From the human T2T-CHM13v2.0 reference genome, Homo sapiens, in assembly GCF_009914755.1 (NCBI RefSeq), contig NC_060925.1: DNA of 64,000 nt; one strand, 5' to 3'. Shown in pieces: positions 27,809-40,900 of the stretch. Every line of letters begins with the position of its first letter. Position 1 is the first letter of the stretch. The notes under the pieces were generated by a model. It saw nothing but the letters and a program-made list of their open reading frames with translations, had not been told where the DNA came from and searched no databases. Made by a program: the position numbers and the translations under genes.

Positions 27809-30201
27809 CCCTTTTAATCTGATCTCTTGGAGCTAGTGTTTGTTTCTGACCTCTGATTCCTGATTTATGGCTCCCTCTTGTGGATATTGGCTTGGGTTTG
27901 CTCCACCAATGTATTCAGCCGAATTGGTTCTGAACAGCCCCTTCCCAAGCAAGGAGAGGTTTGAATAATTATAATATAATGATATAGTAATATGATACAA
28001 CAGAAGTATGGCTAAGGTATATTACACATAAGGAAGGCCTAAGTCTGTCTGGGAGAGTCAGGTTAGCTATACAGAATTGTGAATTGGAAGGAGAAGTGGG
28101 AGGTTTCCAGGTAGACAAAAGGAAAAGATTGTTGGGTCATAGGACAATATACTTTGGTAATTAGGGTAATGGAGCCAGGAAAAAAGGGAGTCCAAGATAG
28201 GGTTCAAGCCAGGTTTCTGACTTCAGCAGCTAGGTGCCGGCCCCATATTAGAGAAAGCTGCAAGTTTAGAGTTGGTAGGTACTTATCTTGGTTTAATATG
28301 ATACTTCATAGATAATGGAAATTACTACTAATACTATAAATTACTAGCCTTAAATATTCTTAAATATTTTGAACACATAGTTGAATATTTATAAGTGTCA
28401 TTTACATTCAGGTAATTGATCAAAATATTATTTTGGCCACCATTAAAAGAGTTTTCCCAGTTTTTTTTTTTTTCTGTAGACCTCCGTGGTCATCCAAAGT
28501 CATTGATCAAGATACATATTTTGGCTTTAATGTACTCTTAGAAAAATGAAACTATATATGGATGCCCTTGTATATTATAGGCTTTTAGTATTTGACCCTG
28601 TTTCATTAGTCCAAACTTATGAGATTTATTCACGTGTTCATTTCATAAGAACGTTTTCGGCTTCTTCAAGGTGCAGGCCCTGTGTAATACCATGATGGTG
28701 AAGATCATATAAAATTGGGCCTATCTAGTGCGGCTATACTGGAAAATTTGCAACAGTGATCTTCCCTTCTGCTTCGTTATGCTCTATGAATTGTTAGTAG
28801 CTTTTGCAAAGTATACTTTACCTTAAAATTGATGGAATTAAATGTGTTGAAGGATAGCTCTAGCTATTGGGCTGTGTCATCACTGAGCAAGATTTTCATA
28901 GGTTCTGAAATATTGTCACTGCAGTGGCACCAATAAAATTAAGTTCAAAGTTATGGTAAAAGAGCAAAGTGAGTTAAGTGTATATTCTTTGAAAATACTC
29001 TTTATTTGATGTGAATTCTTCTTGACAGACAATGTAATTTTACTCAAAATTGAGGTCGTAATCTGCCTCGAAGAGAAAAATGCCACAAAACTAGAGCATA
29101 TTATTCATCTTACCTTATCATGAGGTTGATTTGTTTATCTGTACTTAATTTTGGATTGGGAGAAGGTGAGTAGAGACCCATGTCACCTACTACTTACTTA
29201 AACCTGTCAGAATTTACAACTTTCATATCATTAGTAGAACAAATAATATGCATATATATTTTGCTTTTAACTTTTTAAAAATGGAAATAAGCCCCAGGGA
29301 AGAAACAAAAGTTGTTTTATCTTCAGTTAACTTAATATTTAACTTAAATGGGCCTAGCAACCATTTAAAATATCAATGCATTTAATTTCATTTATGAATA
29401 CGGTATGTAAAATGAACACACAAATGCTAGATTACTACAGGGATACTAACTTTGTTGTTTATTTCAACTGGATCCTAAAGGGAATAATAATAAGAAAATA
29501 ATTTTATGTGTGTGCGCACATGTGCATAGCCATCCTTGCGTTTTCTCCTGGTCTTTCATGGAGACCCCAAAGAATGAAGACAGTTGTTAATAGGGAGCAT
29601 ATGGTACCCAGCACAGTGTCTCTCACACAGTGGGGGACTCAACAAATATATGTTGAACCAGTGGAATTGCATCTGTCAGATCATTTTGCTTAGTAGAGAA
29701 GGCAGCTACCAAGCTTCTGTTCTGCTGAAATTAATGTTGCTTTCATTGAAATCTGATTTTCATAGGCTTTGGTTTTTCATTTGCAGAGATGATGTACAGT
29801 GTCTATTTTTTCACCAGGCATTGTAATTGTAGCTGATGAAAGAATGATTAGACAGACACACACAGTCCTTGCCCTTAATTGGCTGTCTCATTGGGGTGAT
29901 ATAGACCAACAGTGGCAAAATGATGTGATGATGGAATGAGTCAAGTGACTGGGAAAGCAAGCAGGCCACTTGAGTTCCAGAGAATGGGCCTGGGAGTAGG
30001 GACCCCAGAAAAGACTTGATGGAGGGCAGGAGTCCAAATGCATCTTGACATTTTTCTTTTCTTCCTTTTTAAAAACCTTTTGTAATGGAAATTTTCAAAC
30101 ATATACAAAGTAGAGAGATAATTTAACAGCTATCCTCACATAACCAATCTTGTTTTATCTATACTTCCTCACTCCCTACAACCCCTCAATAGGCTACTTT
30201 A

Positions 30202-30395
30202 TTTTAATTAATTAATTTAAAGGAATTTATTTCTTACAGTTCTAGAGCCTGAGAAGTTCAAGGTCAAGGGGTCACATCTAATGAAAGCCTTCTTGCTGGT
30301 GGGGACTCTGCAGAGTCCTGAGGTGGTCCAAGGGGGTATCACATGGTAAGGGGGCTGAGCATACTACTGTGTTAGCTCAGGTCTCCCTTCTTTCT
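30202..30395 (-). mobile_element. MSTC/MSTD MaLR LTR fragment (R region only) plus A-rich tail
   Basis: On - strand: gagacctgagct...ggactctgcagagtccccaccagcaagaagg...actgtaagaaataaattcc. Confidence 0.8.
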
Positions 30396-30525
30396 TTTCT
30401 TTGATGACATGAAACAGAGTCTTGCTACATTGCCCAGCCTGGACTTGAACTTCTGGGATCAAATGATCCTCCTGCCGCAGCCTCCGAGTAGCTGAGACCA
30501 CAGTTGCTTGCCATAGAGCCCAGCT
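30396..30525 (-). mobile_element. FLAM_A-like Alu monomer
   Basis: gagtcttgctacattgcccagcctggacttgaacttctggg...cctccgagtagctgagaccacag. Confidence 0.8.
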
Positions 30526-30889
30526 AAATAGACTATTTTAAATCCAATTTCATCTTATTTCATATTATTTCATCCATAAATATTTTAGTATGTATCCATA
30601 AAAGATCATCTCATTTTTACAAATAATTACAATACTATTCTCACCTAGAAATTAATAACAATTTCTTAATATTTTCAAATATCCAGTAAGATTCAAATTT
30701 CTTCTGTTGTTTCATGATTTTTTAAAAGGTAGTGTGCTTGAAACAAGATTTAAACAAGGCCCACACCCTACCTTTTGTTACTATCATATCAGAGTGTGTT
30801 TTGAATAGCATGAAGAACTATCCAAGGGAGTGTATGCCTTATGTAGGCAGGTGCTTATTTTGTGTTTCATTCACTGTTTCGTTATTGTT

Positions 30890-31250
30890 GTTGTCATGGT
30901 TGTTTACTGCTTTGGTTACTTATAACCTAGAACAGTGCTTAACACATAATAGGTGCTCAAAAATGTTTGTTGTATGAAAGGATGAATAAAAGAATGAGGT
31001 AGGGAGGCATTTCAAGCTGAGGGAGCAGTGTGAGTGTGAAGGTCTGAAGACCTGTGAGATCATAATGCATCTGCAGAACTATCCATTATATGTATGGCTG
31101 GAGCATAGAATCAAGGTGATAGTAGGACATGTGACTGAACCTAATTAGGGACCAGCTCATCCAGTGCTAAGCAGACTGATTTGGAACTTTTGAAGAATTT
31201 TCAGGAGAGGAGTGACATGATCAGATTTGCATTTTGGAAAGATAGTGGTT
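30890..31250. mobile_element. L2 fragments (3' end on +, adjacent piece on -)
   Basis: cctagaacagtgcttaacacataataggtgctcaaaaatg; gagtgacatgatcagatttgcattttggaaagat. Confidence 0.6.
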
Positions 31251-31377
31251 TCAAGTTGTGCCTGAGAGACCAGGAGATCCCTTGTAGATGGTGTCACATT
31301 CAAAACAACACCAATCAGGCAATGAAAATTAATTCAACGGAGTTTAAATGTTTATTGCAATGTCCCAAGAAAATTCC

Positions 31378-31640
31378 TTGCTATGTCGCCCATGCTGGAG
31401 TGCAGTGGTGCGATCTCAGCTCACTGCAACCTACAACTCCCAGGTTCAAGTGATTCTTGAGCCTCAGCCTCCTGAGTAGCTGGGACTGCAGGCACACACC
31501 ACCAGGACCAGATAATTTTGTATTTTTAGTAGAGACAGGGTTTCATCATGTCGGCCAGGCTAGTCTCAAACTCCTGATATCAGGTGGTCTGCCCACCTCG
31601 GCCTCCCAGACTACTGGGATTACAGGGGTGAGCCACCATT
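31378..31640 (-). mobile_element. AluSx lacking its tail
   Basis: Antisense Alu starting abruptly at ttgctatgtcgccc. Confidence 0.88.
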
Positions 31641-34056
31641 CTTGTCATAGTAAACCTCTTCAAATTTTCTCCCTGACATCTCTTTCCTGCCAAAATCTGT
31701 CATGTGAACTTCATTCACGTACGCTGTCTTGAATTCGTCACCTTTTATCCTTTGCTCATCTATTTTGTATTCCTGCTTCTGGCCAGTAGTCCTGTAATAT
31801 AAATCCAGATAAACTTCAGGCTTTTTCCATTTCCTCTTGGCCCATCAGGCCAGATGGAAGTCTTCTCAGTTCCATGGGGGCAGGAAGAAAGTTATATAGT
31901 AATGTCCATTCTTTGTTACTCTTACATGATGCAAACTTCCATAGGTCCTGCAGCATCTATTTGGATGATAGTGAGATTCTGCCCAATGCTGTTCCCCAAG
32001 AGTGCAAATCCTAATTATTACAGTTGAAATTGGTCTTTCTCCTTTTTCTGCCAGAACACAGTTCTGCCACATACTTCAAAATTCCATCATCAGTGCCTTG
32101 ACAATGTGTACAGTTAATTGGAATGCCAATGCCACTGTTTAAGACTCAGAATTTTGCCTGGGTGCTTCATACACAGTAGGCAGCATTCTGGGGCTTTTTG
32201 ATGAATATAGGTCCTCAGTGAAAGAAACCGCTGGGTGGGAGGGGAGGCAATATGAAAAGATGTGGGGCTGGAAGCCACCAGGGTACTGCAGAAAGCTGAT
32301 TTCTTGTAGAATTCAGATTTTAGAAATGCATAAAAGTATATCCTCTTGGGATTAAATTGGAGACTGGATTGCTTTGGGTGAAATTTAGAGTAGCTAATGG
32401 GAGTATTGTGATTATACATTCTGAGCCAGTCATTTTAGATTTGTGTACATATTTTATAGTCTACTAATTTGCATAGAAGTATTGAAATCTTGATACTTTT
32501 AGAATTTCATTTAAGCAGCATGGACTTCCCAAAAGAAACCTTTATAGACCAATTATGATGGCTTTTTTCTCCCAAGTAGCTGCTGTCATACTATCTTTGC
32601 TTTTATTGGATTTCTTTTGAAAGTTTATTTAGAAACACACTTCTTTTGAAAAAGCCTTGGGGAGAACTCATGTACTAAAAGTATTAGTATCACTGTGAAA
32701 GACACCAAAAATGTCCTCTAATAAATTGCTAGAAGGAGGGTTTCTTTATATTTAGAATTAGGACAAACTTGAATTGCTTCAATGTGATAAATTGTTAAAA
32801 TGAACTTTTTGCAGCTCAGTTGAAATTTAAAAGACTTTTCTCAAATGAATGTTCAAGGAAACAGATGGGGAAAGTACTAGGAGTTTTAAAAACTTATGTT
32901 CCCATAAAATAAAAGAGAGCATGAGTTTCACTGCTTGCTTTCCACTGCCAAAAATTCCCTTTTCCACTCTAAAAGGATATCAATATTCAAACTACTAGCA
33001 GTTACTTCTTAAATTTATGTTAATCCAGGACACAATTCATAAAAAAATGATGTGAAACAGACCAATGATAAGCCTTGTTGACATACTGAGCAATTCCATC
33101 AATGAAGTAAAAATTCTAGCAGATTAATGGATTGTTAGCACCAGCTACCATCTAGTTTCTCTCATAATTTCACAGATGACCAAAGTAACTTGTACAAAGT
33201 CAGTGGCAAAGTGGACACTAGAACTTCATTCCTTCCATCTCTCAGAGCAGTGCTTTCTTTTCCTTTTTTGTGATATTATGCTTCCACATGCTTTGCTATG
33301 CTTTTCAAATAAGTGCTCAAAATATGTTAAGATTTGTCAGTTTTCAAAAGGTCAGAATGTGAAAGGAGTTGCAGGACATGTCAAGGAACTTGAATTTTAA
33401 CCTAAAGATGATAGGAGTTACTGATCACATTTGTATTTTAGAAAGTTTATTTTCTACACCTCACTATTCTTTGCTTGTGTAATTTATGTCTTCTCTCCAT
33501 CTCTAATTCTTGTTACTTTTATATTATCTTGCAAGATAAATTATAGAATTGCCAATTGTATCATGTGGAAGTGGGTTCAGACTTCCTACATTTAGATTTT
33601 AGACATGCTTGCAGCATATGTGTATACTTATGGCTTTGAAGTTCTTTCTTCTATTGAGAAGGAAATAAATTGCAGAATGGCATATAGCTTCTGGCAAGAA
33701 TACCATTTCAACTGCATTTTTGGAGCAAGGATTTTTTTACCCCAAGTCTGGTACAAATTATGATTTCTAACACTGGGTTTATTTTTATAGAAAGCATAAT
33801 TTGTCTTAAAAACTACTGTTAACAGCCATGAAAGCTAAGGCCAAATATTAATGCACAGTGTTTCAATGACAAGCACTCTATCTTCCCAACTTTCAGTAAA
33901 ATTTTGTGTAATTCATGAATAGTTTTTTCTCAGCTTTACTGAATTGAGAAATAATAAATTGTGTATATTCAAGATGTACACCTTGATGTTTTTATATACA
34001 TCTACATTGTGAAAATAAAGCCAATTAACATACCAATCACTTCATGTAGTTACTAT

Positions 34057-34205
34057 TTCCTTCCTTCCTTCCCTCTCTCCCTCTTTCCCTCCCTCCCTTC
34101 CTCCTTTTCTTTTCTCTCCCTCCCTCCCTCCCTCCCTTCCTTCCTTCCTTCCTTCCTTCCTTCCTTCCTTCCTTCCTTCCTTCCTTCCCTCCCTCCCTCC
34201 CTCCC

Positions 34206-34240
<35 letters not shown>

Positions 34241-34270
34241 CTGTCTCTCTTCTTTTTCTTTCTTTCTTTC
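34057..34270. repeat. (TTCC)n/(TC)n tract following an L1MA 3' fragment (~33930-34055, -)
   Basis: Direct read; upstream aaattgtgtatattcaagatgtacacc...aagccaattaacatacc. Confidence 0.9.
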
Positions 34271-34699
34271 AAAAGTTTAATGTTGTTAGTGATGATGATG
34301 GAAAGTTGATGAGGAATTCTGGTCTAACAGATACTGGACTTTCCTGAAGTCAAGAGGTTTCATGCCAACTTTGTAAGTTAAGAAAGGTGATATCACACTT
34401 CTTCCATTGTTTTTTTCACTCTACATTGTGTTCAAATTGGCAAGCCCCAGGAAAAATATAATCATTATAATTAATCCTCCTCTATCATTTATTTTCATTG
34501 ATCAAATCAATGTAAATCTGAAACTCCTAGAGCTATCTAGAATAAAACAAGCACTATGCTATGAACTTTATGTACATTCTCTTCAACAACATAGAAATAC
34601 ACATACTAAACTCAGTGTGTAAGAAAAAGAGAGGATTCTGTGCCAGATATCAAATATCTGTATCCAAATTCATGATAGAGGCATTAAGACTGAGGAATT

Positions 34700-34905
34700 T
34701 AATTCTCAACCTAGGGTATTATTGACATTTGGGCAGCACAATTCTTTTTTATGTGAGAGGTCACCCAAAGGCAGGACGTTTAGCATCTTAGACCCCTGAC
34801 CACCAAGTGCCCACAGCACCCATCAGTCAGCAATGTGACTCTCTCCCTCACCTCTGACATTTCCAAATGCCCACTACAGCGGTAGCTCCATCTATGTGGA
34901 GACTA
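34700..34905 (-). mobile_element. MER20-like hAT-Charlie element
   Basis: ttctcaacctagggtattattgacatttggg...aattcttt...aggacgtttagcatc...gacatttccaaatgccc. Confidence 0.65.
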
Positions 34906-35883
34906 GATGATAATCAGCCTCCCTTTACTCAAATTTCACTCCTAAAATAATTTAAGAGAAATTATTTTAACCTTTTTGACCAAGACAAAATTCTGGACCA
35001 ACCTACTTGACTAACCAAATGAATGGAACACTTTAGGCTGCTTCATGAATGAAGGCGGCTGAGGGTTATACACACCCCACTCCCTTCCCTCCCACTAACA
35101 TGAAATAGAGCAGTGCATCCGTATAGTGCTGTAACATAGCTACAATACAGCAGGAATTGCTTGGAGTGTTTATCACAATATAGATTTTAATCCAGTAGGT
35201 TTGGACCAGGGTCAGTACCTGCATTTTTACCTGCCAGTGAACAGGTGACAATTTGAATCACATTTATCTGGAGTGATTTTACAGGATCGCTCCAGATAAA
35301 AGTGGTTCAAGTTGTTCCCTGTTCACTGCCTTAGAAGGTTTTTAACTCCAGGAAAACTCTTATAGACCCACTGGCAATAAAATTCCCTATAATAACAGCA
35401 TGCAGAAGACAAGAAAGGTTCTCAGTAGAAGTTGAGAGAAATATTAGAGGAAGTAAAGCAGTGGTTTTGTCTTAGGTATAAGTCTTTTGAATAAAACAAG
35501 CACTATGTACAATCTCTTCAACAACATAGAAATATACATACTAAACTCAGTGTATAAGAAAAAGAGAGGATTCTTTTTTTATCTTTTTAAATCAAATATC
35601 TGTATCCAAATTAATGATAGAGGCATTAAAACTGAGGAATTTAATTCTCAACCTAGAGTATTTTGACAGTGGGTCAGGGTTCAGATGTACCTGAAGGGAG
35701 AGAAAATAAACAGCCTGATCCCTTGGGAGTGGCCACAGTTTTGGGGACTTGTGTATCACCTTCAAAAGAGATGAACCATGAGAATCCTCTCACCACAGGA
35801 ACAAATCGAAAGGGAGGAGTAGTGACCTTCTGAACTGTTGTGGGGAAGAAGTCCATGTTCGTGAGCACATCCTTCCCTCTGTC

Positions 35884-35958
35884 TCCTGGGCTCAAGCAAT
35901 CCTCCTGCCTCAGTCTCCTGAGTAGGTGGGACTACAGGTGTATGCCACTATGCCTAGC
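35884..35958 (-). mobile_element. Alu/FLAM fragment
   Basis: ctcctgggctcaagcaatcctcctgcctcagtctcctgagtaggtgggactacagg. Confidence 0.8.
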
Positions 35959-36611
35959 TTCTGTTTTTACTGAGATTGCTTTCAATAATGAAGAGTCTAA
36001 TTAGAATATATATGGCTGGGATTTATTCTCATTCTTGGCTGATCTTCTATAGAGGGAAGGCATCGTGTAAAACCAATTAAAAATGACAGCATACTTCCTG
36101 TAGCAACCTCCCATAACTCCTCATTCGCAGGGATGGCAAACTTGAGGAAAGAGGTGAAATTTGTCTTTAGTGTCTCGTTCTCTCTTTACCTATTCTATTT
36201 TGCACCCCTCCCTCTTCTGCCACATAGGCCTACTAAGGAAGGGTTGGATCATAATCCCCAAAAACACAATTCCAAACAGCATAATTCTGAATGTTGAAAT
36301 CCCAAAAGATCAAAATCCCTAAGCAGAAGATGGTAAAATTTAATAGGGAATGTTCATGTCAATGTATATGTAGAATCACAGAAGAATTTCCCAAGGAGCA
36401 GCACCATATAGAAAATGAATGTAAATGTATTCTCCAAGGAGAGCCTTAAAAGAAAAAAGCAGCTATTTATTGTGATGCCAGACTTCAAAATATAGTTAAT
36501 AATCATGAAAGTTGGCTAACTCTTATGGACTATATCCATGCAATTGCCCATAATCTATTCCTGTAATTCACTTTTTCATATGTCAAGTTTTGTTTTTAAT
36601 TGCTTTTTCTT

Positions 36612-36941
<330 letters not shown>

Positions 36942-37544
36942 CTACTGTTTTAAATTGTATTATTTTTTATCATTCTATATGCTATGTATTTCATGTTCAT
37001 ATCATTTCCCATACTGGAGGTATAAACTGTGTAGAATTTTTTAGAGACTTCTGATTCTGATTCATTTCATGCATTTTTTTTTTAAAAAATTTGACTCCAT
37101 GAAAGTGTGTTATAATGTTCACTTTGCGGATAAGTATTGTGCATGTATGTAAAAACATTGAAACTTTCTCAATACATGAAGAGATGTCCTTTTTGTACAT
37201 CTGCATTTGTGAAAGATAAAATTTTTCAAGATCTCTGATCTTTGGGCAACTGCATATGTGGTGGTGACCCATTGCACGTTCTGACTGATCTCATCAAACA
37301 ACTTACATTGTTTGTCACAGTATTGCAGATGACTGCAGTTATAAAGCTGGGAGCACAAAATTACCAACCGTAGTCATATGGTTTATACATTTCTCTTTTG
37401 ACCTGTTTCTTTATGAATATGATTTGTCTGCTCATAACTGATATATCTATGTGACTGTTAGCATACCTGAGTGTTCATGCTTGCAAAAATAGTTATGTTA
37501 TTATTGCCTCTCTTATTGTGTAAAGTGGCCTATGAAGTGTTTTA

Positions 37545-37838
37545 TTTTCTCAGGGGACAGGATCTTACTCTGTCTTCCAGGCTGGAGTGCAGTGGCTCGC
37601 TCGATCATGGCTCACTGCAACCTTGACCTCCAGGGTTCAATTGATCCTCCCACCTCAACCTCCCAAGTAGCTGAGACAACAGGTACATGCCATCATGTGT
37701 GGCTAATTTTTGTATTTTTTGTAGAGATGGGGTTTTGTTATGTTGCCCAGGCTGGTCTCAAACTCCTGAACTCAAGTGACCTGCCCGCCTTGGCCTCTCA
37801 GAGTGTTGGGATTACAGTCGTGAGATACTGCACCTGGC
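37545..37838 (-). mobile_element. AluJ
   Basis: gatcatggctcactgcaaccttgacctcc...gatcctcccacctc...ttttgtagagatgggg. Confidence 0.9.
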
Positions 37839-38479
37839 CTGTTATTTTTTAAATATGTTTTTCAAGTAAATCCCATTTTAAAAATGTAAATAAATATCTT
37901 TGAAAGAATTAAAATTTTTTTCCAGAATTATATTTTTGGGATTTTGATTTTTAAGGATTTCAACATTTGGGATTATGACATTTGAGATGGTATCTTTCAG
38001 GATTATGATTATAATAAATTCCTCCCCAGGGAAGATCCTCAGTCCTATTTTTCCAAAGGTTTGTTCTTAGCTAGTTCTTTTCTAATCCTCATTGGTGTCT
38101 TACCTAGAAAACATTTTCCTCTGGGAAATATTTATTCAAGTGGTTCCCGAGAAATGATAAGCCTTTATCACACAAAAATGAAATATCAAATGGTGAGTTC
38201 AGACACCCATGTGAATGGATCTTTTGGGCCATCTATTTGGTAGCCTCAAAACAAAACAAAGTATCACTCTTAAGGCTGGTTGTGCGACAATGTGCGTTTG
38301 AAATTCTCTAAATCATGTCAAAGTATGGAAGGGAACTTCAACAATTATATGATCCATCTATAGGTTTTCAGGCACATCAATATTTTGACATCTGAAAAAA
38401 TGATATTTTTTTCTTTGCACAAATTTCCACTAAAGAAGGTTACAATGAATAACTAAGCTATTTCATCACAACAAAGTAC

Positions 38480-39110
38480 AATGTACCATCATCTCTCTCT
38501 CACCTGGGCTGTAACAGTAATGCCCTAAACTGCACGGACTCTTGTTACCATTCTTGCCATTCCTTCCCCCTTTTCTTTTATACTCCCCTACACCCAGCAA
38601 CCTATTTGGCACACTGAAGCCCAAGTGATCTTTTAAAAATGTGAATTAGATCATGCCAATTTTCTTCTTCAAATCCTTTGGTGGCTTCTCTTCCTTCCTG
38701 GGAAGAAGACTCATACGGTCGACAGGACACTCCGTGATCCTGACTTAGCCATCCTTCCTCCTCACTGTCACCTCCAGCATGTCTGGTCTTCTTTAATATC
38801 TTCCAATGTACCATCATGCTCCTGTCACTTCATGGCCTTTGCATAGCATCTGGGGACTTTTATCTGTGCTGCTCCAACCCCCACTGTCCCTGTGTTACTT
38901 AACCTGTATTTTTGGTCCATTGCACCTATCACTGTTTCTCTTTATTTATATATTTGTGTGCTTATTTGATTAATGTTTGTTTTCCCAACTAGACTATAAA
39001 GCCCCATGAAGTAAGGCCTTTGGGCTCTTCTACTTACCAGTATATCCCCAGTGTCACAGAAAGAGGCACATAGTAAGCTCCCAGTGAATATTTGCCTGAT
39101 ACAGGAATGA
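38480..39110 (+). mobile_element. L2 3' portion
   Basis: gtgatcttttaaaaatgtgaattagatcatg...actagactataaagccccatgaag...ggcacatagtaagctcccagtgaatatttg. Confidence 0.78.
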
Positions 39111-39804
39111 ACTATCCGTTTTATCAGCAAACATGTCTCATGCATTAAGTTGAACCCATTTCTAATCATTAGAAGAGATGGAGAATTGCTGTTCACTTTC
39201 TTCTAGTTCTGACTTTGCTTTGGGATGCAATATACTATTACTTTGGTGAAAATGCACAGATGTCTCATTAACAATGAAATTGGGCAGTATACATTAATTT
39301 AAATATCATCAGTTTAGTTAACAACAGGTGTTGTTAATTTTATTCTTTTTTTCAGTTGATTAGTTATTCTTTGTGTTCAAATTCTGATTTGGTGGTAACT
39401 GGAAAGTGTTAACTCCACTACTTTTTCTTCTTGCTAGAAGAAAATTGCTAGAAGAAAAAGTTTAGTGTTTTTTTTTTTTTTTTTTTTTTTTGGTGTAAAT
39501 AGCAGCATAGAGAAATAAAGCAGCAAGGGACAGAATAAAGAAATAAATGTTAGAATAAACTTTAAAATGGCAATAAAGAAATGGGAATCAGGGATAGGTT
39601 TCAAGAAAGAACCAGGGATCTTATGAGAGTTATTTATTTGAAAGGACAAAGATTGTTCTTTAAGCTGTATCAATCTCTTTTCATTTAATCTAAATCCAAA
39701 ACAAATACAGATTGTATTTTGACTAAACTTTCTCCCATCACTAGATCTCAGAAAGTATTGCCTACATATGACCATTTTTTCTAATACTGTCTGTAATCTT
39801 AAAA

Positions 39805-40015
39805 ATAATAATCATTTATGGGGTACCATATGCCAGACACCTACATAGAATACTTTATTTGGTTCTCAGCGACAGATATGATTATTATTTCACATTCTAG
39901 ATAAGGAAACTGTGGTTCAGGGAGGTTAAGCAATTTGCCCAGACTCATGGCTTTGGACAGATCCAGATTCAAATCCCAAGTGTTGCTGATTCTAAACCCT
40001 ATGCTCCTAACTCTT
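39805..40015 (-). mobile_element. MIR
   Basis: agataaggaaactgtggttcagggaggttaagcaatttgccc. Confidence 0.75.
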
Positions 40016-40100
40016 TTGTCTTATTTCCTCTTTAAAATGAGATCCCAACATTTGATAAAGTTTAAGATGTTTTCCCATTTTCACAGGCAAATTACTTAGA

Positions 40101-40300
40101 GCAGTGGTTCTCCAAATGTAGTCTTCAGATCAGCAGAATCAGCAACACCTAGGAATTTACTAGAAATGTTAATTTTCTGACCCAACACCAAATTTACTAA
40201 AATTAGAAACTGGGGGGTGAGGGTGGGATGGGTACAGCAATTTGCATTTTAAGGAGCCCTCCGTGTGATTCTGATGCATACAAAATTTGAGTACAACTAC
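40101..40300 (-). mobile_element. MER5A
   Basis: cagtggttctccaaatgtagtc...atcagcaacacctaggaatttactagaaatg...ccctccgtgtgattctgatgcatac. Confidence 0.75.
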
Positions 40301-40467
40301 CTAGAAAAATGAAAAATTGAACAGCCCCTATTGCCATCTAAGCTAGTAACTGATCATCTGGCCCAACCATCCTACTTGCACTCCAGGAATCACTTCTGGA
40401 TAATGTTTCTCACTCTCTCAGGTTCCTCTGCAAATCAGTCATGGTGATCTGAAAGCTTCCTACACAT

Positions 40468-40645
40468 TTTTGTTTTGAGCCGGTGTTGCTATTTTTGCAC
40501 AGGCTGGGCTGGGACTCCCAATCCTCCCGCCTCAGCCCCCTAGTAGCTGAAACTACAGGCCTGTGTCACTGCACCCGGTTCAAGGATAGATTTTTATTTG
40601 TTTGCTTTGTTTTTAGAGATAGGGTCTCTCAACGTCGCCCGGGCT
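40468..40645 (-). mobile_element. FLAM-like monomer plus short Alu 3' fragment
   Basis: atcctcccgcctcagccccctagtagctgaaactacagg; ttttagagatagggtctctcaacgtcgcccgggct. Confidence 0.65.
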
Positions 40646-40809
40646 ATTTCTACAGATGTTGTTTTGGTTTAATATGGTGTCACATAAACTTACACTGGTT
40701 AAGTAAACAGGCAACATTTGAACTAAATTTAACTTCAATGTTTTGGTGGTCTGCAAAAGGATATTGTGCTTCTTGGTTAACATTTTCATGTTTCTCCACT
40801 TCTGCTTTC

Positions 40810-40900
40810 GTCCAGAACAGGAAGCGGAAGTTCTAAACTACTGCGAAGTCCTCTCTTGGTATTTCCGGCCTCGCTGAGACCAGAAAGCAGCGGAAGGGAC
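40810..40900. promoter_or_regulatory. ETS (GABPA/ELK-type) motif cluster, promoter/enhancer-like
   Basis: CAGGAAGCGGAAGT (40818-40831), ATTTCCGG (40861-40868), GCGGAAG (40890-40896) with locally retained CpGs. Confidence 0.55.

Larger units (their letters stand above)
30050..30780 (-). mobile_element. Old L1M (L1ME/MC-like) 3' fragment hosting a composite insertion
   Basis: aatggaaattttcaaacatatacaaagtagaga...atttcatccataaatattttagtatgtatc...aaacaaggcccacac; collinear across the insert. Confidence 0.7.

Noticed and set aside
36330-36565. Domesticated transposase gene
   Set aside because: Short remnant with frameshifts and stops inside a deleted Ricksha
39431-39458. 14-bp tandem duplication ttgctagaagaaaa next to a poly-T run
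   Set aside because: Ordinary slippage; poly-T has no TSD or element body
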